From NCBI RefSeq assembly GCF_024521635.1, contig NW_026250426.1:1-64000 (forward strand): DNA of 64,000 bases. The letters run 5' to 3'. This DNA is from Tricharina praecox. Its lineage: Eukaryota. Made by a program: the position numbers and the translations under genes. Positions 55,655 to 64,000 of the stretch are shown piece after piece. The notes beneath the pieces are model-generated. The model was not told where the DNA came from. It saw only the letters and a list, made by a program, of their open reading frames with translations, and made no database searches. How positions within the stretch are numbered: the first letter of the stretch is position 1; each line of letters begins with the position of its first letter.

Positions 55655-56396
55655 GCAATCTGCACACGTGTCGCACCGGACGGTCCGAATCCGCGCCCCT
55701 ACATACATATCGGATGAACGGAGAATCCCTCCCTGCCAATGTCATTGGTATCTTCATATCCACGTTCTCTCCCATGTGCGAAGCAACTCTCCACAGTTAG
55801 TGCCCATATGCACAATTTGTATCTCACATGGCTGAATACACATGGCTGGAAACACAAGGATGCAGGTAAGTGTTTAGATAGTTTAAAGTTATTCGTACTT
55901 TTCATTCTGCCTTCGTGCCCATGACAGAGCCACAATCTGCACCGGTACTATATAGTCGAATAAAGGTAAAGAAAAGCGGGGAAAAAACAAGGGACGGACC
56001 ACAGTGGTGAGACCGTGGCCCGACGCCGAACACTCAAACCACAGACCGAAAGGGAAACTATGGACTAGTCTAAGAAGTATGTACACATCAAGAAGAAGAA
56101 GGTAAAGAAGAAGAAGAAGAAGATTAAGATCAAGATCAAGAAAAAGAAAAAGAAAACACAATTGAAGCCCAAAAAATCAAATACGCCCGCCCCGCTAACC
56201 TTTTTCACGCACACAGTAAAGTAAAGGAACCTTAACAAAATACAAAAGAAACGGCCACACCCAAAACCCCCCCAAAAAGCAAACCGTATTAATCCCCCGA
56301 ACCGCTAACGAGGGCACAGCTAAGAAATGACAGCATCTAGGGCACTCGTGACACACGATCGTTATGGGAAAGCAGGGCCAGCCCGGCAAATTGTTT

Positions 56397-57828
56397 CTAT
56401 ACGCCCCAGGAAGCCGTCTTTTGGATCGAAACCATGCCGGACAGAGGTGGGAGACACGAGTTGAAGCTGGCCGTATCGTACGATACGTTTCTGGGTTGTT
56501 GCTGGTGACAATCGTACTGCTGCTGCTGTTGATTTTGCTGCGGCTGCTGCTGACTACCGAGAAACATCTGCTGTTCCGATTCGCGGCGACCGAGGAAGCA
56601 GCTCAGAGCTTGCGAGTGTACGTTCAGCGGATTATTTCGTGAGTGGCGAGAGATGATGTCTACTCGCTGAGGACAGCCGTCGTCTTCGTGCCTATTATTT
56701 CTCGTTAGTAACTGGGGCTGTCAGGGGAAACCGGAAGGCTTGATCTTACCTGCGAAGGGTGTCCTTGCGCGCAAAAGTATTTCCGCAGAGATCACACTGG
56801 AACTTCTTGTCCTTGGCGTGGACGCACTGGGTATGTCTGGTGAGATCCGTCTTCCTGACGAAAGCCTTCCCGCAGTCCTGGTACGGACACGTATGGGGCC
56901 TCGGTCGGTCGGGGTTGTGCGTCTCCAAGTGGGCATTGTAGTTCCAGATCCGCGAGAAGTGCTTGCCGCACTTCTCACATGTCCAAGTTGCTTCGCTGGC
57001 TTCCGTGAGTTGTCGCTTCTTCTTGTGCCGCGATGAAGACTGTGGTGAGGATGGCTCCGCCGAGCTGGAGTACGGTGAGGGTAGCATGAAGTCATCACCA
57101 CGTTGCCGTTTCAGGGGATTGCTGTTGCCATTGCTCGAGACGATTCCGAGGGCGTGTTCCTCGTACCCCGATGCGAACAGACGGTGTTGTTGAAGGTGTT
57201 GTTCGTGCATCTGCTCGTCGTCCTCCTGTTGGAGGATGTCTTCGATGAACTGGATCGGTGGTGAGTGCGGTCCAATGCCGGCCATGCCGGGCTTGACGTT
57301 ATTGTAGCTGGTGGGGAGCCACATGCCGTCCTTGCTATAGTCGACAACTTTATCGTCGTATTCGCGCTTATTGTCGAGCTCGCGTCTGCTAGGAGGCGAC
57401 ATCAGACCCTCCTCGTCGGAGGCAGGCGGAGAGAGAGGCAGGGTACCGAGGTTGTGGGCATTCCGGGCGGAGGAGTATTTGTATCCGGGGGCTGGCGGAT
57501 GTGCAAACGCTGTCTGGTGTTGCTGGGGAGGAGACGGTAACGACTGGTGTCTCTGGTAGTGAAATTGCATGGTAGGATCGAGCCTCGACGAGGAGAAGGA
57601 CGGGACGCTCCGGTGTCGTGAAGGTACCTCGTGCCAACGCTGCTGCTCCCACCCACCGCTGCCATTGCCATTGCCATTGCCTCCTCCACTTCCACCTCCA
57701 CCTCCATACCCTCTTCCATCACTGCTCTGAGACGCGGACAGACTTCCACAGCCAAGCTCCGGAGTGTGTTGTGGGGACCGATATGCAGCTGGCGAAACTT
57801 GCGGCTTTGTCGAACCCATCATGGACAT
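56397..57828 (-). CDS. nsdC: NsdC-like zinc-finger transcription factor (2 x C2H2 + C2HC)
   Basis: CEKCGKHFSRIWNYNAHLETH, CPYQDCGKAFVRKTDLTRHTQCVH and CDLCGNTFARKDTLRR-HEDDGC across intron 56692-56749. The C2H2/C2H2/C2HC arrangement is that of Aspergillus NsdC; orthologue versus paralogue is not established. Confidence 0.75.
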
Positions 57829-59344
57829 CTTTGCTGGACTCGAGAACGAAAATAATAATAACAACGGGATGTCGAAGGTTTCTGAGGTTCGAGGCGACAA
57901 TTTGCTATTTCCGTACTGGAACCTATGGCAGGTGCGGGAGCGGCTGTAAGCGGCGTATAGATGACTTAGGGCTTTTCCGTCCGGGCCTGACGAATTACGG
58001 AAGTGCTTGCTGGCTTGGGAGGGGGGAGGGGGGGTAGGGGGGGGGGGAGGGGGGGCGGATTGGCGTATTGGCGGAATGTCTCTTCTGAAGAACTTGTTCA
58101 AGTTGACGGGTGGTTCCGGGGGGGCAGCAGTATTATATTTCTTTCGCAACCAAGTTGGAGGAGGGAACTATGAGTTTGAGATGCGGTGATGGCAAGATAT
58201 GGGTGGGGATGATGGGAGTATTTGGACTGATTGACCGATTGACTGATTGAACTGGTGATGTTGAGGTTGACGCACTGCACCAACTCTAGCAGTCTGGGAA
58301 TCGATGGAGGTGGGGAGGGCTTCACGCTTTGTAGGTGCGAGACACAGGCCACCCAAGCTGGCTTTAATATGTACACGCAGCACTTGGGAGAAGGTGAGCA
58401 GTTGGTGCTGCTGCTGGTGCTGTGTGAGAGGCTTGTGGTGGATAGGATGGATGTGGATGTGGATGTGGATGTGGTAGGGCCTGGTACGGAATGGCATGGT
58501 ATGGTATTTGGGGGGGGGGGGGGGGGGTGGCAGAATGAGAGATGGTCTTGACCGGAATAACCACAGTACGAACAAGCCGGGCCAGACAGCCAGTTAGGGC
58601 CAGCCAGCCAGCCATGGGACAGGGCGAGACAGAGACAGAGACAGAGACAGAGAGAGCGAGGGAGAGGGAGAGAGAGGAGAGAGCGCAAGAGAGACCCATG
58701 TCGTGAATTAGACAAGGTTAGCGAAGAGGGAGTGGGTAAGTAGCAGTTTTGCAGCCACTGGGACTGAGTGGGACCGAACTGGGACTGCCTGGGACTGCCG
58801 CTGTGTGTGCTGCTGCTCATCCACCCTCGCAGAGTGGCAAGCTACTCAATAAAAAAAAATGGTCGAGAACAGACGCCCAGCGCGGCGCTGGCTGCAGCTC
58901 GGAATCCCTGCCGGCGAGAACGCTGGGTGTGCTGTGGTTTAACCGCGTCAACAATGCGAGCTGCGACACCACCCCCTGGCAACCCTGGATTCATGCGTGC
59001 GTCTAGCGGCACCGAGGGTGCATTTAATTGACACCTACTCGTATACTTCCATGCCACTGCATTCTCCCTCTGATGGGTTCCCCATTCCACCCAAACGAAA
59101 GAAGATGACAAGATGGGAAAGAAAGAGAGAGAGAAAAAGAAAAGAAAGAAAAGAAAAGAAAAAAGAAAAGGTGGTGTGACCCAATTATCCCCTCCCATAT
59201 GATCCTCCCATATGATCCCACTGTTATTCGGTCCCCAACTTGTAGTAGATACGAGTACTTCTTACTCGGTAGGTTGTTCCCACTCACACCCCCCGAACCC
59301 ACACCCCCTACCAGGTCCTCCCTATCACCCCCCAATCTGTCCTC

Positions 59345-62300
59345 TCACTCACGGGTCTGTGACAAAATCGCATCCATCTTCCTCGTTAGCTCTTCGACCG
59401 ATATTCTCACTCGCCTGAGTTCCTCCTGATCTTTAGGCGCGAGGCGATTAAACCTAGATTCGACAGGAGGCTCGGCAGTTTCAAGCCGTTCGTCTATGCT
59501 CGACGAGCTGGTCGGTGCGCCGCCGCCGGCGGCCTGGAGCCCTCCGTTCCCGAACCCCAGCCGACCGCCGGCCAGTCGGCCTGCGCCTAAGCGCCCAGTC
59601 GCCCCGACCCACATCGAGTGGCGATTGAGAATCCCGATGCCGCCTATGCCAAGTCCGTGATGGACTGGCTTTTTGTCGTTGCTCGGACCCCATGAGAATC
59701 CCCTGCTGCGAGCGTTCGCATTTCTCCCTTTGATTCTCTCAAAGATCAAAATAGCCAGTGCCTGTAAATCCGAATACATTAACATTAGTTACCATCCGCG
59801 ATGTGAACGAGCTCCAACACCAACAAGCTCAAGCCACTCTCTTTCTACCACATATGTACGAAACGGCTAAGGTTAGGGCCGGCGGAGGGGGAAGGGGATT
59901 CCTACAAAGAGGCAGTGCGAGAACTTGAGTAGTGTGATTCTCCCTGTGACCCAAAAGTCAGCTGTCGCGTAGGGCTTACTGTATATCTGCAAGTCTTGGA
60001 ATTCGCCTACATTTTCGGAGCTTCTGCGACGACACCACTAGCCGAAGTGGGCGCAAGAGGATCAACGGTAATAGGTTCTGGACGCCGTGTCAGAATATAA
60101 ACACGATTGACGCCCTGACCAGCGGAAACTTCCGATCCTGCATGCATGTGAAGATACACCTACCAGCGGCGGATAAAACACAACGAGCCGGTTGCTCGTA
60201 GACGCCTCCAGGACCATCGTAGAAAACCTTTTAGGTTTATTACCGGTGTGAGTTTTCCATATCGACGTGCAGCTGCCAGGGGAGGTGGGGCGGGGGGCGG
60301 AACATACATGAACAGATACTCCTCTCTTAGAACCCAACGGGATCGTTTAGCGGGAGGTTGCACTACGCGGGAACAGGGAACGGGCAATGGGCGAGGACAA
60401 TTTACCTAGCGTTCGCCATCATCTATATCTGAAATTAGCCCATGTTGGTAGTGAGAATCGTACGCTCAATGGGCAATAAGTACTAACATTGGTCAGACTG
60501 TTTGAGAGCAGACTGATGAGCGACGTGATGAGCAAGATGTTGGTCATAATTACGAAGATGAGCATCAATGGCGGCCCGAGGATGGGTGAAATCTGTCGGA
60601 ACATCAGTGTCTTGGAGACTCGGGCTAACCATAGGACACCACAACGCCAATCCGATCCTTGAATCACATACTTCTCTCATTGCATCCTAGTGGTGCGATG
60701 GTCAGCGACACGAGTAATGACTGGTGAACGCGGGTTGTGCTTGCTGGAAAGATTGGCAAGGAACTCACAAATCCGACATAGCTCTAAAAGACGGAGTCGA
60801 ATTAGTCCAATGGTGTTGCCAGCATCAGTAGTCCACTGGGCTCATTTCTCATGCTCACCGAACCGAAGAACACTGGTGAGTATACGAATCAGCTTCCATT
60901 CCGGGATAGCAGCAGGGGAGCAACGATTGAACGAACCATTGATCAACATCCATGATACGTCTTTGAACGACATGCGGTCGCGGGCCAGTAGGGAGAACGT
61001 AGTGAGAAAGCCTTGATTACAGTGGGTCAGTCACACGGCCACGTCGGCATCTCGGGAAAAGTGAAGCTCGAGTTGCCGCATACCGAAGTATAGGATCAGG
61101 ATCTATGCGAGGTCGGTACTTGTCAGTGGGCTTTGGCAAACCAAAAACTCAATCGGGAAATACGACTGCACGGACCAATACGGAGAATTTCATAAACTAT
61201 TACTACGCATCAGCAATGAGGTCGGTCTAGCCAGCAAGAAACCTCTCACCTCTTTGGTCATTTGCTTCAGGCAAGGAATCAGAACCCCTGCGTAGTCTCT
61301 CGTTAGCCAAACTCCCCGCGTCGAGGAAGTCAAGTGATTTCCCGGATACCGAAGTATGGATCCAAAGTGAACAGTGAAAACAGCCTGGAGTATCGTTATT
61401 AAAATCATGTTTGCCGGATAAACTTGGAATACGAGTATACCTTGGTACGAGCAGCAGTGCCTCCAGTGAGAGAATATCGAATGCCGTGTCCGTGATATCA
61501 TCGCTGTCCTTCACCACTCCGGATATACCTGAAATACGTTAGTCGAATACAGATAGCAACAGTCATCGGGGCCGTATATACGGAAACCGAGGAATATCAC
61601 TCCGATAAGGATGATAAACATGTCCAGCCAGCTCCAGAAGTCGGCCGCATAAAACGTGACACCCGAGTCCTTCATGGACGAGAACTCGTCCACGGCAAAA
61701 GCAGTGAAGAATACAATCAAAGCTATCTCCGATGGCATGATGCGATACGGGTTCCGCTCCACGAGAACGAAATAATAGAGTCCGAGTAACGTGGCAAAGA
61801 ACAGCGCTTCGAATGCCTTCTGATACTTGGGAACCCTAAGTCTGCAGAACGGATCGGCTTTCCGGGGATTGAAGAAATGGGGAGACTTGGATCCATCAAC
61901 GTCCAGTGACTTCCAGAATGATATCGAGCCGTCCCAGCTTCACGATCGTCAGCATCAAAGAGACAGATACCAATCAGACAGACAGAACGTCTACCCACAT
62001 TCCGTTGATGATCTTCTGAACAGGTCGATGCGAGATGAACTTCTTACAGTCCGCCAGGACAGCAATTTCCAGCGTCGTCATTCCTACGAGAAGCAACTCC
62101 ATCAGCGCCTAGTTCCGCAGCCCGTTTTACTTCCGACGCACCTTCATATCGCTTCCTTCTACCGTTCTCGACATCCGCGCCACCGGAACCACCTCCGTTC
62201 GACTGGCCACTCAGCAGGTACGACGATTCCGTCGGCTCCGCACCGCTCACATCTAATACCGACAACTCGTGACAGAGATACTGCAAGGCTTCCGCCGCAG

Positions 62301-63079
62301 AGAGACTGGACGTCAAATCGCACGCGACGACTTCACATGCCAGCGCTCTCGTCATATAGACACCCACGCCGAAGCCCTCCCCATCTTCGTCGCCCGACGC
62401 AAACTCCGCACGACACCAACTATATATCCGCACAGTCAGAAATCAGCTCTTCGTAACTACGGGAGTAAGAATCTCGTCGTCGTCATCGCCGCCGTCGCCC
62501 GTCGCATGCAGATTTTGTATGTCTTCGGTTTTGGGAGTTCAGACTGACGGATCCGTCGTCTGCTGGGTAAATATCAAATGCAAAAAGGACGGGTGTAGTT
62601 ACAGGAGCGCGGCGACGGTAGCCGGGTTATGGCCTAATCAAGTCGCAATCGAGTTCCCATTAGCAAACCGAATCATGGACAGTGAACAGTGCGGGCACTA
62701 GATAAGTGCGGAGAGAGCTCTCACTTCGTTCCGCAAGCTGTACGCCGAGATGCGACACAGCCGGCACGAGCTTTAGCGAGCTCAATGTCTGTGGTGCTTC
62801 GATGTGTTCACTGACTAAAAGAAAACGAAAGAGCGCACGAACGTCGTGCCAACACGTTAGCTCACTGTATCTACCCCGTCCGGACTCCGCTGGGCATGCG
62901 GTTACGTTATATATATTGTTTGCCGCGCTGTATGGTAACTTACAAAACGATATGAACGTATCACACATCTCCGAGAAATTCATGTCATCGTGAATTATTG
63001 GCGGATTTACGACGGATGCATCGAATCCATCGAACTCTGGTCGCGGCGAGCGATGGGGGGTTCGTACATACGACGGCAT
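59345..63079 (-). CDS. YVC1: Yvc1/TRPY1-like vacuolar TRP cation channel, many introns
   Basis: Spliced HNPATVAALL, TRALACEVVA, LEIAVLADCKKFISHRPVQKII, DPFCRLRVPKYQK, several TM helices, TNILLITSLISLLSNSL and a C-terminal coiled-coil-like segment. Confidence 0.88.
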
Positions 63080-63556
63080 GCAGCCGAGGTAGCACTTCAG
63101 TAATGAAGAATTTGGGTGCGTGGAGAGGAAAATTTGACTCGGGGGTCAAGAGCTGGGGGGGTGGCTGTGAGAGACTCTTTAAGTAGGGAGATAAGGAGGG
63201 AGGGAAGGAGGAGAGAATGAAATTCCTCAGGCGTTCCGGGCGATTTGGCGGTGAGGTTGCTGGAGTGAACCCGGGGCGTCAGGTTAACTGCCTTATCCTG
63301 GTAACTACAAGGGAACTGCGTGGGTAGCGCGCAGGGCCTCCAATCACGTTTATCTATACCCCGTGTGACTCGTGTCGTCACAAGAGATCGCTCAAATACT
63401 TCGGCGCGGTCCAGAACGAGGAAGGCAAGTAGCGATGTAGCGCCCTATGTAATGTATTTTGTACAAGAACCCCAACTATCACCCCAAAAAACCGTTTGAC
63501 GAACCCAGCCTTCCTTTGATCATTAAAGTACGAGGTATGTATCCTGCCGTCTCTCT

Positions 63557-64000
63557 CTATTCCTCCATGAGATCCGCCGAAGGTCCCTCCCTCAGCACCT
63601 TCTCCAACCTCGCAATCTCCTCCAAGCTTTTCGCGGCCCTGATCTTGTCTTCGATCTTCTTCTTTTCGGCCGCCGTCAACCTGACCGCATACTCCTTGTT
63701 TCCGCTTCCTGACGATTCGCCCAAGTCGAATGTGCGCGACTTGATGCCCATGATCTGTTGCGCTGGTTAGCTCAAAGCTTCGCCTGTGGATAGCTGCGAG
63801 TGGGTGTTCCATACCTTTGACGCAAGCGGTGATGGCTCCTTCTCGGTTCCAAATAGCTCCTCGGCGCGCTTCCGCTCGACATCCTTCACCTTCTGGTAAT
63901 CGAGAAATCTAACAGTCGGACACTTCCATATCACCCAGTGCCTGTAATGCTGGATCCGCAGTTCGATTAGCCCCATCGCCAATCGCCAATCCCCGATCAT
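63557..64000 (-). CDS. LEA1: U2 snRNP protein A' (Lea1/SNRPA1), 3' part; 5' end lies beyond the window
   Basis: LRR cap YRHWVIWKCPTVRFLDYQKVKDVER, ELFGT and the tail IRAAKSLEEIARLEKVLREG. Confidence 0.88.

Overview
Intron-containing fungal genomic DNA. It is a filamentous ascomycete; the gene style suggests Pezizomycotina, possibly Pezizomycetes (inference). From about 2.9 to 44.3 kb there is a mostly compact block of spliced housekeeping genes: PP2A catalytic subunit, Rieske protein, Spc2, a Dpb3/Dls1-like histone-fold protein, CLC transporter, HAD phosphatase, She9, mitochondrial S12, Kre2/Mnt1, Pat1, Vps15, a polyol SDR, RCC1, Ulp1, PI31 and Hsp12. Next comes a ~12 kb gene-poor, repeat- and G-tract-rich interval between two convergent 3' ends. 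The window closes with an NsdC-like zinc-finger factor, a Yvc1-like TRP channel and the 3' part of U2A'. Exon joins were inferred by eye from GT/AG, branch sites and protein motifs. No rRNA, tRNA, CRISPR array or intact transposon could be supported. The most unusual signals are a candidate spliced small-ORF or lncRNA unit at 54.2-55.3 kb with chained TGATG stop/start overlaps, a perfect 48-bp palindrome at 39857-39904, a possible Harbinger/Tourist-like MITE relic at 38.7-39.1 kb, and several fresh tandem duplications. I cannot demonstrate a novel system; these are hypotheses to test.
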